In this document: piece by piece, positions 38,198 to 59,534 of the stretch
Layout: each line of letters begins with the position of its first letter
Numbering within the stretch: position 1 is the first letter of the stretch
From: Ministeria vibrans ATCC 50519
Taxonomy: Eukaryota; Protista; Filasterea
Length of the DNA: 64,000 nucleotides
NCBI GenBank assembly: GCA_943704425.1
Contig: CALSCP010000335.1
Coordinates: 142,507 to 206,506, forward strand
Reading direction: 5' to 3'
Translations under genes and position numbers: made by a program
Notes under the pieces: model-generated
The model's input: only the letters and a program-made list of their open reading frames with translations
What the model was told of the DNA's origin: nothing
Database searches by the model: none

Positions 38198-41100
38198 TCA
38201 CATAAGTGTGCAACGACTCTCTTCTTCTTCTTCCACCAGGGGAGTCGACGAGAGGTTGTTTGAGGTGGCTGAGCGTTGGACTTTGACACTCATAACCGAG
38301 TCACCGCGGCGCAGGGAGGCACGCCGCTGAGCGGATGCAGCCGCCGCAGGGCCATCCATGGCCAGTTCGCGTCGACTGATCTCATTAAATGTGTCGCTTC
38401 GTGCCCCTTGTAGTTGGATCCATCGCGCTGTGAACAAGTCAGACCGCTCGCGCACGTCGCGCGTCCGCTCATCGTCTACACAAAATAGTAATAACATTAT
38501 GAATAACAATAATCTTAATAAAATTATATTAATTTTATGACTATTGTCAAAGTCACCACGAATAGAAAAAAGTTGTTTAGTTGGAGTTTAGATGGATACC
38601 TTGGATAGCAAGCACTTCGTTGAGCAGACCACTTAGCATTTCACGGTGAGCGTCAAGTTGAATCATGCGCTCTTCCAGTTCATCCATAGTGGCGCTCTGC
38701 AGATCAAACGACGCGTGCGGGTCACTTGCACTGGCCGTTGGCAAAGGGCTCTCGGAAGGAGAGGGAGCGTAGACGCCCAGGCGAGTGCCGTCGACATGCC
38801 ATGGCTCGCTCTCTGTGCTCACGGCACGGCAGGACTCTTCAGCAGCCTCCTCAGCCTCCGCCTCCTTCTTCTTGATGTTGCGCAGCAGATCGCGCATCTC
38901 TGTCTTGCCTTCCTCGTCGTCCCACAGCGGCTCGTCTGCATCAGGATGAAGCAACAGCTCCGCGCGGGTCCCACTATCGCTCTCCAGCGACTGCTTGCGA
39001 GGCTTGCGCACCAAGCGTGTACCCTGGGTGACGACGGGCGACGGGGGCGAGGAGGGTGATGCGACTGGCTCGGTTGCGGGAGCAGTCACCACCACGTCTT
39101 GTTGTTGGAAGCGCACAAAAACCTCTTCGGCGCGACCCGATCCAACCAGGCGGGCAAACTGGGGCTGTACTGGCTCGTCGGTACTTGCCTGAGCTAAAGT
39201 CGTCGCAACAACAACACTGCTGCTCGTGGGACGCGCGCTATTGCGGTTGGGTCGTCGGATGGCCTTGGGTGCTGTGGTCTTCTTGGGCGATTTCACCATT
39301 GGCGCCTCAGTCGAACCCGCTGTATCTTCCAGCAACAGTCGCTTTGCATCCTCTTCCGCCACTCTCAGTCGTTCTGACTCTTCTTCTTCCCGTCGCAAAC
39401 GACTTTCCTCTTCTTCCAATTTGATGCGTTCCGCTTCTTCATCCAGTCGCATTCGCTCTGCCTCTTCCTCTTCTTGTCTCATTTGTTCTGCCTCTTCCTC
39501 TTCTTGTCTCACCCTCTCTCTATCTTCTTCTTCTTCCATTCGCTCTTCCTCTTCATCCATTCGCTCCGCTTCTTCTTCTTCCAGTCTCTTTCTCTCCACT
39601 TCTTCTTCTTCTTCTTCTTCTTCTTCCGGTCCAATTTGCTCTGCCTCTTCATCCATTCGCTCTGCTGCTTCTTCTTCCAGTCTCTTTATCTCCATTTCTT
39701 CTTCTTCCAATGCGATTCGCTCTGCTTCTTCATCCTCCAATCGGATTCGCTCTGCTTCTTCATCCTCCAATCGGATTCGCTCTGCTTCTTCTTCTTCCTC
39801 CAATCGGATTCGCTCTGCTTCTTCATCCTCCAATCGGATTCGCTCTGCTTCTTCTTCCTCCTCCAATCGGATTCGCTCTGCTTCTTCTCCTTCCAATCGG
39901 ATACGTTCAGCCTCCGCCGCTTGCTCTTCCTCCTCCTTCAATCGCAACCTCTCCTCCTCGCGCGCCCTTTCTGTTACTTCTTCTCCATCTTCCACCGATT
40001 CTCGCTTGATATTCACCTCCGCTTCACTGTTCAACAGTGGGGTCGGTGCAACCACACGAGTCGGTCGTCGAATCCCACGCGGTTTCTTTGCCGCGTCAGT
40101 CTTTGTTGGTGTAGTAGTAGTTGTGGCTATTGTTGTTGCTGCTGTTGTTGTTGATGATGGTGTTGTTGTTGGTGGTGGTAATGATCGTGGTGCTGTCGCA
40201 GGCGCATCGGTGGACGAGACTGGAATGGAAATGAATGCCTCTTTGTTGTTCGCGTGCGCATCGTCGTTGCCTTCCAGAGACGACCGACGTGCAGCTTCTT
40301 GACGGCGTGCCTGGCGCTTGGCCAACAGCTGCGCACGGATTTCGGCCGCTTCGTCCTCGGGCAATAACTTGCGTGCCTCGGCAAGCTTCTTTCGGTCCAA
40401 AGGCCCCACGTCAGTTGAGTCGTCGCTCTCGCGACTGTGGGACCGAGAAGTGCGTTCAACAGTGGGCAAGCCAGGGGCGGAGGACGACTCACGCTTGGCA
40501 AATCGCTCGGCTCTCCGTCGCTTTGCCTCCTCCTCTCGCTCCGCCTCATCATCCTCAGCCTCCCTGCTTGGAATTGCAATGCGCTCTGCGGACGTGGTCT
40601 TAAGCGCGCTGCGCCAGCCAGCAGGCGAACGTTGCGACGGAATAATCACCTTGAGTTCGCTGGCATCCAGTTCGCGGCCACTGTCAATGCTCACTTGCGG
40701 CGAGATGGACACGCGACGAGCAGTGCCCTTGTCTGCACCAGGCTCCAGAGCAGCATCGGCAGCTGCAGACGCAATGGAGCGCGCTACAGGGGCAACAACC
40801 TTCGTTTTTGTTGATGCTGACAGTGCTGGTGATGGTAGCGGCACAGTCGACGACACGGCGGGCTTCCCGTCGGCGCCCAAGCGCACCTTCTTGCCCGTTT
40901 TGGGGTCGGTTACCACCACCACGCGTCCACCTGTCGGCACACCTGCCGACAGCATGGCCGTCGAGGTACTTGCGGGACGCATTGCCTGGGGCCTCTTGGC
41001 ACTCACCGCCTTCACTTCCGTACCGCCCAGCAGCATCGCAATTGTCTCCTTCTTGCCCATACACTCGCCACAGAATGACTTTCCATCACGCTCAAAATAC

Positions 41101-41198
41101 TTCCCATATGGCTCCTCTTGACACACGCAGCACGAGACATTGGCCGCACTCTCGCCATCATTCACGTAGCGCGGCGTCATCCGGTTCGACAAAAAGGA
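38198..41198 (-). CDS. Protein with a CxxC-x16-CxxC (half-LIM-like) finger, long E/R-rich helix, bMERB-like helices and a C-terminal CaaX box. Exons 41198-38600 and 38475-38198; 5' exon(s) unresolved near the gap
   Basis: CVCQEEPYGKYFERDGKSFCGEC and (EEEAERIRL)n. A phase-1 intron joins ...LLNEVLAIQ|DDERTRDVRERSDLFTARWIQLQ...EEEEESRCTLM*. Confidence 0.7.
39420..39960 (-). repeat. Coding 30/36-bp tandem repeat (EDEEAERIRL units)
   Basis: Near-identical TCCAATCGGATTCGCTCTGCTTCTTC units on the + strand, about 39710-39900. Confidence 0.9.
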
Positions 41199-41284
41199 CT
41201 GTAACAAAGAAATCAGATGAATAAAATGAGAGAGAGAGAGTAACAAGGTGACGGAGAAAAAAAGAAAAAGAGAGAGAGAGAGAA

Positions 41285-41291
41285 NNNNNNN
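41285..41291. other. Assembly gap (N run)
   Basis: Ns between GA- and CT-rich tracts. Confidence 0.99.
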
Positions 41292-41721
41292 TTCTTTCTC
41301 TCTTTTCTCTCTCTCAATCACTTTATTCTTTCTCTCTTTTCTCTCTCTCTATCACTTTGACCCTTTTGCATCATTGTTCGTCTTCTCGTGGCCAATACGA
41401 GCCGCACTTTTGAAGAAACCACCTCCACACCAGATCACTACAACATGGTGGCATTTTCACGCACTCCCATTGCGCCTGTCAAAATTTCTCGTGGCCGCAA
41501 GACGATTTGGGCCGTCTGGGCATTTCGGTGTGTCGCACAGCCGCTCTGCGCCGCTTCCTCTGCATTCTGGGGGGCCCACCCGCATTTTGCAGCATACATG
41601 TTGGTTGCTGCCACCCGACCACAGCCCTCTGTGCCTTCCTTCCTCTCTTCTTTTCTCTTTTCCCCTTTTTTTTTTCTCTTGTTTGCCATTTGCCATCGCA
41701 CGACATTCTTCACTCATCGCA

Positions 41722-41874
41722 ATGAACCTTTTAGCCGAAGCCTCGATCAATATGGACGCATCTCCATTTGGAAGTGTCGGTCAGCCGACTCCCACGCCCC
41801 TGGCGCCCGTCGGCACTCCGATTGCCACGGCCGCAATCGGCACTCCAGCCCCGGCCCCCGTTGGAACACCCCCC

Positions 41875-41909
<35 letters not shown>

Positions 41910-44900
41910 GGCTGCTCCTGTCGCTGTCGAATCCCCCTTGACCGCCCCCGCGACTCTCACCTACGACGAAATGTTCCCGTCGCTTCTCAAGAAGCCCGTG
42001 TCGGTAAAACGACGAGAAAGACAGAGAAAAAAACTAAACTTCGTCTCCCTCTTTCTCTCTCTTGTCTTTGTAGACTTCTGCTCCCAAGAAGACCGCCTGG
42101 AAGGGCACTGGTCCCGTGGCGGTCACACGCGTGACCAAGCTGTTCACCGTTCCGGTCGACGAGATGCGTGCGAACCAGATGCAAACGATGGGCAGCGACT
42201 CGTGGCACGCGCGCATGTCCAAGGAAGTCAAGAACAAGCTGGCGGGAGTCGACATTGAAATGTCGATTGACAAGCAGCGCAACCTCACGGTCATTGTCAC
42301 CGGCCGCGAACGCGAGGCCAGCGAAGCCAAGAAGGTGGGAGAAGACACACAAAAAAAATAGTCCACCTCGTTCTATCCTCTCACACTTTTTTATTTCCAT
42401 TAAAAAAAAACAGGAACTTCTGTTCAAGCTTCAACGATCGGTGTCGGAGGAGATCCCGATCGCCAAGAAGCATCATCGCCATTTGCTGGGCAAGGGCGGC
42501 AAGTCGGTGATGGAGCTGTCAGAGAAGACGTCGACCAAGATCAACGTGCCCAAGGCCGACGACCAGTCCGAGCTCATCAAGATCTCAGGCACGCAGGCGA
42601 ACATTCACCGTGCCATCAAGGAGATCGAGCTCATCATTGACGAGAAGGAGAAGTCGTCGATGGAGCGTCTGACGGTCGAGCGTGCCTTCCATCCGTTCAT
42701 TGCGGGTCCCGGCCAGTCGACGCTCAAGCAGCTGCAGGCTGTGCACAACGTCAAGATCCACATGCCGCCACCGACCGCAACCAGCGACGACATTGTGGTC
42801 GCGGGCGAGAAGAACGGCGTGGCTATTGTGGCCAAGACCATCATGGATGTGTACGAGGAAAAGAAGCGCACCACCCGCACGCTTTGTGTCGAAGTCAAGA
42901 AGAAGCAACACCGCCACATTGTGGGCCCCAAGGGTGTTCACGTCGCCGACATCTTTGCGCGCACGGGCGTCGTCATTGAGCTGCCCCCTTCGGACGATCC
43001 CAGCGAGGAGGTCATTCTGCGTGGACCTCACGAGAATCTCGTGCATGCGCTCACGGCCGTCCTCGAAAAGGCCGACTCGGTGACGTGCGTCGAGGTGCAC
43101 GCGCCCGCTCGCCTTCACAAGTACATCATTGGCAAGAATGGCGTGCACATCAAGGAACTCGGCAGCCAAAACCCGCTCGTGTCCATTCAGATCAATTCTG
43201 ACGCTGAGCTCATTGAGATTGAGGGTCCTCCGGCGGCTGTCGAGTCGGCGCGCGCCGTCATGCAGAAGCGCGTTGACGAGCTCATCAAGACCATGTCGAC
43301 GTGCGACGTTGAGGTCGACCCAGCTTACCATCGCCACCTCATTGGCAAGGGTGGCCAGAATGCGTCGCGTCTGCGCGAACGCTACGGCGTCCAAGTCAAC
43401 GTGCCGGCCGACGGGAACGCGTCGCACACCGTCACCATCCAGGGCCCGCCTGAGGGCGTTGCTCAGGCCAAGGAGGAGATTCTCCAGTTGGTCGCCAAGA
43501 AGGCCGACGAGCGCACTGTCGACATCATCATCGAGCGTCGTCTCCACAAGAACATCATTGGTGCCAAGGTAACTCACGCGTCATTCGCACTCCTTTCTCG
43601 TCTTACTCGTAATTATAGGGATCCAACTTGAAGAAGCTTGGTGACGCTTACCCGCAGGTGCAAATGAAGATTCCGCAGGAAAAGGACGAGTCGGACGTGG
43701 TCACGCTGACGGGCCCCAAGAACGACGTGGCGGCGCTCAAGAAGGAGCTCGAGGCGCAGGTGAAGGAGCTGCGCGCGAGTGCCTTCCAGCTTGAGGTGCC
43801 AATCTTCAAAAAGTTCCACGGCAACGTCATTGGTCGCCAGGGAGCCAACATCCGCAAGCTGCAGGAATCACTTCAGGTGCGCATTGACTTCCCGGCCGAG
43901 TCCGATGAGTCCGACGTGATTCTTGTCACGGGCTTTGAGGCCAAGTGCAACGAGGCGCGCGACCAACTGCTGGCGCTCCAGAGCGAGTTTGCCAACATTG
44001 CGACGGTCGAGCTCAAGATTGATCCCAAGTTCCACGCGGCGATTCGCGGACGTGACGGCATTGTGCTGCGCTCGATTCAGGAGGAGTGCGGTGGCGTGAC
44101 AGTGCGCATGCCGGGTAAGGGCAAGGGCGACGTGCGCGATCTCATTATTGTGCGTGGTCCTGAGGAGGACGTCCAGCGTGCCAAAGAGATGCTGCTGGCG
44201 GCCGCCGACGAGCATGCTGTCAACAACTACACCGAGGACATGACGGTGAAGCGCGAGTACCATCGCTTCCTCGTTGGCAAGGGTGGCAGCACCCAGGCGG
44301 CGCTGCGTCGCGAGCTCAACGTGCGCATCGTGCTGCCGCGTCCTGACGACAAGACGAGCGAGACGGTCACTATTATTGGCCAGAAGGAGGCCGTGGCCAC
44401 AGCACGTGCACGCATGGAGAAGCTCATCGTCGACATGGAGAACATTGTCGAGGACACGGTTGACGTGCCGCCCGAGTACCGCGACCATTTCCGCCGTGCC
44501 AACCGCGGCAAGCTGCTCAGCGACCTCCAGGAAGAATTTGGCGGTGCCAACATTTCCATGCCGCGCGCCGAAGACCGCGAAGCGAACCCCAATGCGCCTT
44601 TCAAGCTGAAGGGTGGCGCCGAGCTTGTGGCGGGTCTCAAGGCTCGCATCCTTGAGATTGTCGAGGACCTCGCCAATCAGGTGACTGTCGAGGTGCCCAC
44701 GGCGCAGGAACACGTTGCCGCTATTATGGGCCGCGGCGGAGCCAATATCCGTCAGCTCACCGAGCAGTACGGAGTGCAGATCAAGATGCCCAACCGCGCC
44801 TCGGGCAAGGGCAAGAAGAAGGCAACAACCACCACCACCTCTGCCGCTGACGAGCTTGAGGAGGGCGAAATCACTCCAGAGGAAGTCGCTGCTCTTGCTG

Positions 44901-46204
44901 GTGCTGGTGCTGGTGCTGGTGCTGGTGCTGGTGCTGGTGCTGGTGCTGGTCCTTCTGACGAGGATGTCATCGACGAGGTTGTGGAGGCCGCAGAGGAAGA
45001 GACTGCGACGACACCGACTTCGCCCGATGCTGAGGCTGAGGCGCCCAAGGCTGCGGGACCCGTGATCAAGGTGACGGGCGGACGCGAAAAGGTCGAGAAG
45101 GCCGTGGAGGCGCTCAAGGCTCTAATTCCCATTCTGGAGAAGATGGACATCCCCAAGGACTACCACCGCTTCATCATTGGCGCGGGTGGCAAGGCCGTGC
45201 GCGAGATTATGGAGAAGAGCGACTGCAACGTGACGTTCCGCAAGGGTGGCCCCCCACGCGACGTTGTCGAGCTGCGCGGCCGCCGTGAGTGTGTCGACAA
45301 GGCGCGCGAACTGCTTGCGGCGCGCGTCGCCGAGCTCGATGCCGAGAAGGAGGACCGTGCTCTGCGCAGCTTTGAGGTCAAGATTAGTGTCGACAAGCGT
45401 TGGGTGAAGACGATCATTGGCAAGGCGGGTGCTGGCGTGAACAAACTGCGCGACGACTTCAACGTGCGCATCGACACGGGTGACGACAAGCGTCCCAACA
45501 AGAAGAAGGGCCCCAAGACGGAGAAGACGAAGAAGGCCGAGGTTGCCACTGAGGACGCGACTGCGGCCAGTGACGAGGTGCCCGTTGAGGCTGAAGCTGA
45601 AGCTGAAGCTGAAGCTGATGCGGAGGCTGCGGGTGCTGCTGATGCGGAGGCTGCGGGTGCTGCTGAGACGAAGCCTGTTGAGCTTGTCGAGATTACCATT
45701 ACGGGCTACCAGAAGGATGCGGAGAACGCCAAGGCGGCTATCATGGAGATTGTGCGTGAAAACGAGTCGCAGACGGAGATGACTGTTCCGTTGGACCACC
45801 GTGTGCACCGTCGTGTGATTGGTGCTCGTGGGGCGAGCATCAAGCGTCTGATGGAGGAGTACAAGGTGTACATTCAGTTCCCCAAGAACCAGAGCGTGAA
45901 CGAGGTGACTCTGCGTGGCTCGGAGGACGCGTGCGAGGAGGTGCGTGCGATTCTTCAGCAGCAAGAGGACGAGTTCCTGGAGGATGCGGTGCAGGAGGAG
46001 GAGGAGCGTGACATGATGCGCCAGTACACGGTGCAGGAGAAGCGCGAAGACAAGAAGGTCAAGCCTAAGGTGGAGTTTGAGGTGGTGGGTGCGCCGTGGA
46101 ACTCGAGTGAGACGCTCACTGACTCGACTGTCTTCCCGACTGTCGGCAATGCCAAGACGTCCCATGCTGCTTCGGGCGTCTGGGGTGGCAAGCGCAACTT
46201 CTGA
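41722..46204 (+). CDS. HDLBP: Vigilin (multi-KH RNA-binding protein), 4 exons
   Basis: More than 12 KH repeats (HHRHLLGKGG, FHPFIAGP, QHRHIVGPKG, LHKYIIGKNG, FHGNVIGRQGANI, HRRVIGARG). N-terminal TYDEMFPSL and C-terminal APW...FP...WG are vigilin-like. Confidence 0.93.
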
Positions 46205-46270
46205 TAACAACAACAAATACCAATGCCCGGACTGAGAGAGAGAGAGGGAAGTGTGGCGAAATGAGGCTTC

Positions 46271-46310
<40 letters not shown>

Positions 46311-46465
46311 ATGTGCCTCTTCTTCACTCTGCTCTGTCTCCTCTTTTTGCAGTGTGTTCTCGAATTTTTGGTGTGATCGATATAAAAATATACATTTTTT
46401 ACTACGGTTAAATGGAAATGACAATGCGGTATGATTTTTTTGAAAAAATGTAAAGAGTGGAACTG

Positions 46466-47812
46466 CTACCAGGGAAAGTCGACGGCGAGGCGCTGAAGGG
46501 CGCAGAGAGCGCTGGAGGCGGCGGTGGAAACGTCAGAGGGAGTGTGCTCGCGTGGGAGTAGGCTCTCGTACCACGAGACGAAGCGTGAGTAAAGCTCGAC
46601 GCCCTCAAGGTCCTCGCCCGGCTTGACGCGCTTGATCATTTGCATGGCCTTTTCGACCGACTTCTCAAATTCACTGCGGTGTCGCTCCCAGCGCAACTCG
46701 CGGTCCTTTCCGTAGTTGAGCGAGTCGAGCAGTGCGCCAATGAGCCGGTCGAGCTGTGCCGGCGAGTGGCTCTGTTCAATTTGCATGAGCCACTCACGGC
46801 GGTACATGTCCTCGTGGTCGACGAGCGACTGACTGTGTGTGGAAGTGAGAAAGGGAGCGAGAAGGAGGTTTCGCACGAGATCTGCAGCGTGGAACTTGAG
46901 ACCGGGCGCCCGGTTATGCAAAAAGGTCCCCTGACCCATCAGCGACTTTTCTTGCAGCCACAAGAACACCATACCAAAGTTGATGGTGTTCTCAATGGAC
47001 ACGTAGGTGAGCAGCATGCCACGTAGAGCGCAGTTGGCGTATCGTTGGAGAGCACGCAGACGTACTCGAGGACTCGCCGGCAACGATTCAAAGTCCTTTC
47101 GAATGGCCTCGTCAAAGAGTGATTTGACCATGGTCTGATGCGAGCTGTCTGTGTGATCGTAATCGTAGGAGTCGTTGTCGGCGTTTGGAGCGTGGCACCG
47201 AGCGCGCTCGAGCGCAATGGGCACTGCTGTCAAGGCATGGTAGAAGCAAGAGCGGTCCTCGAAGGACGGAGTCAGTCTTGAGCAGGGAAACAGTTCACCA
47301 CGTGGGTGTGCACTGGTGGGGACTGTGGACCGGTCGTCGCTGACGTCGATGGCTGTGGCGTGCTCGTGGACAAATCGATGGTAGGCACTGACATCCGAGA
47401 AGAGCACTTGATTGAGTTGCTGCACAAGGTCTGACTGCCGCCGCGCATCATCGTCACCCACAAGGTTGTCAAGGGCTTGGGCGGCGTCACGAATGGCTGC
47501 ACAAAGCAAGAGAGTCGTTGTGACGCGCTGTTGGCCGTCGATACAAATGGTTTTTGTAGCGTCGTCGTCACACCGTCGAAAAATGGCCCGTCCAACGCCG
47601 TGGCCGCGACCGGGAGTGTCCACGAGTCCACCATTGACAGCATCATCCCACCACAGCTGCGCAATTCGGCGGTTCCAGCAGTAGCGACGCTGGAACAGCG
47701 GAATGATGACTGATTCGCGTGCGAAAAGTTCTTCAAAAGACACAATTGAAATGTCCTGCCGAGTGTCAGGCCCGTGCAGGCCGGGGCACTCCCACGATAG
47801 GTGTTTGAGCAT
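46466..47812 (-). CDS. Intronless DUF262 (GmrSD N-terminal, ParB/sulfiredoxin-like) domain protein, 448 aa
   Basis: IIPLFQRRYCW, CIDGQQRVTT, VFLWLQ and GLKFHAADLVRNLLL correspond to the DUF262 QR, DGQQR, FxxxN and G..L...DL.RN motifs. Confidence 0.85.
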   Translation of the reverse strand: MLKHLSWECPGLHGPDTRQDISIVSFEELFARESVIIPLFQRRYCWNRRIAQLWWDDAVNGGLVDTPGRGHGVGRAIFRRCDDDATKTICIDGQQRVTTTLLLCAAIRDAAQALDNLVGDDDARRQSDLVQQLNQVLFSDVSAYHRFVHEHATAIDVSDDRSTVPTSAHPRGELFPCSRLTPSFEDRSCFYHALTAVPIALERARCHAPNADNDSYDYDHTDSSHQTMVKSLFDEAIRKDFESLPASPRVRLRALQRYANCALRGMLLTYVSIENTINFGMVFLWLQEKSLMGQGTFLHNRAPGLKFHAADLVRNLLLAPFLTSTHSQSLVDHEDMYRREWLMQIEQSHSPAQLDRLIGALLDSLNYGKDRELRWERHRSEFEKSVEKAMQMIKRVKPGEDLEGVELYSRFVSWYESLLPREHTPSDVSTAASSALCALQRLAVDFPW

Positions 47813-48300
47813 ATTTATTATGGTATGGCGAGTATACGGCGTTGAGGTTGAGGAACGGGTAAGACAGAAAGAAAGGTAAAAGAGTGATTCTTAATTTGTT
47901 TGGTTGAGTGAAAAATCAAAGTGAATATAAGTGGGATGAGTTGGGTGTGAGCTTGTCAGAAACGAGTCGCCGATCGAGCAGCCAAGCAGGCCTTTAGCAA
48001 TAATGGGATGCACTCCCGCTTTAGGAATGCAGGAAGATCAGATATGACGGAGGGAGAAGGCGTTTGGACGCAGACGCACAGCGCACTAAATCAACCGGAC
48101 GAATTGGAGTTGTGTGTCGCTGATACGACTCGTTCACGCAAGTCATACGATGCCAGTGATGGAATAGTCAATGGTTGGCACACGTGGAGAAGCGAGCGAT
48201 CAGCAGCGAATAAGCGAACGGTGAGAGCGCAAAACGAAACGTAAACGTTTAATACAAAAACATTAAACAACAATACTATTTTTTTGATTTGAGTCTCGGA

Positions 48301-48464
48301 ATGCTCGTCGACAACGATAAGGTACTGGATCACGCTGCTGTGGGAAGGCAAACCGCACAGGACTAATGCGAAGCGCACCATTTAGTTTCTGACGGAACTT
48401 ACTCGCTTCTTCGAGAAGCAAAAGCAGACGTCTGTTGGCTCACTCTACATCACGACGAAACGCT
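48301..48464 (+). CDS. SRP14: First two exons of signal recognition particle 14 kDa protein (48301-48321, 48386-48464); no SRP14 3' exons found
   Basis: MLVDNDK|FLTELTRFFEKQKQTSVGSLYITTKR versus human MVLLESEQFLTELTRLFQKCRTSGSVYITLKK. GT-AG intron with ACTAAT branch site; GTAAGC donor at 48465. Confidence 0.85.
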
Positions 48465-48923
48465 GTAAGCACCAGTCCCTTTCATGCATGTCTGTCGCTT
48501 CGCTCTTCCGCCTCTCTTACGACTCGTTCTTTTTTTTTTTTTTTTTTTTTTGTGTGTGAGTGTGTGTGATCCTTCCTCGTTCCCTTGTCTCAACGTCGAC
48601 CTCGCGTTTGTCGCTCCCCAATCCATCTGCGTGTTCGTCTGACGCGCCCGCTCCCCTTCGTGCTCACCGGCCAGTGGCCTCCTCCACCCTGGCCTGTCCT
48701 CTTGGCCCACTCGTGCCCTATTCCGGCGCTCCTGTCGTCTTTTTCCCAAACGCCATCAATTCGTGCCGAACCGTCTCTCTCGTTCTCCCTTCTCACGGGC
48801 GTCTGCCTTCTTCCCCATCGCGCCGCACCCCATGGAACCACCATAGCTACTACTTGTGCCCGCTTCTGGCCGCTCGTATCGCCTCCATAGTGCCGATGTG
48901 TCCCCAATGTATCTCCATTTCTT

Positions 48924-48973
<50 letters not shown>

Positions 48974-49111
48974 GCTCTCTCTCCTTCCATCCAGCGCCCA
49001 TCTTGCTTTGCACTTTCACAAGCCACTGTTTTATTCTCTGGCCTCGACGCTCTTCGTCTTTGTTGATTGTTTTTTTGTCGTTTCAACGTATCTGATTTTG
49101 ATTTTTTTCAG

Positions 49112-59325
<10,214 letters not shown>

Positions 59326-59534
59326 GACGCACTTTTTTTTTCCTTTCCTTTTACTTAGTACAATCAATCAATTTTTTTACACAGGCGAATTCTTCTTTAT
59401 TGAGGGTAGTCACTAGCTTGTAGTCGGCCAGTCGATGTATAGAGTTTATACAGACTTGTTTCACGCACAATTCTTTTCCTTCTTTTTTTTGATCATTCAA
59501 AATTGAACTATAACATAATTATTTTTTTTTCATC

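Noticed and set aside
39226-46327. Long antisense ORFs opposite the ER-helix gene and vigilin (also opposite PRP8 and clathrin)
   Set aside because: Expected shadows of GC-rich, codon-biased or repetitive exons, with no independent motifs.
48008-48244. 78-aa ORF as the missing PRP8 first exon
   Set aside because: No resemblance to Prp8 N-termini, and it lies upstream of the SRP14 exons.
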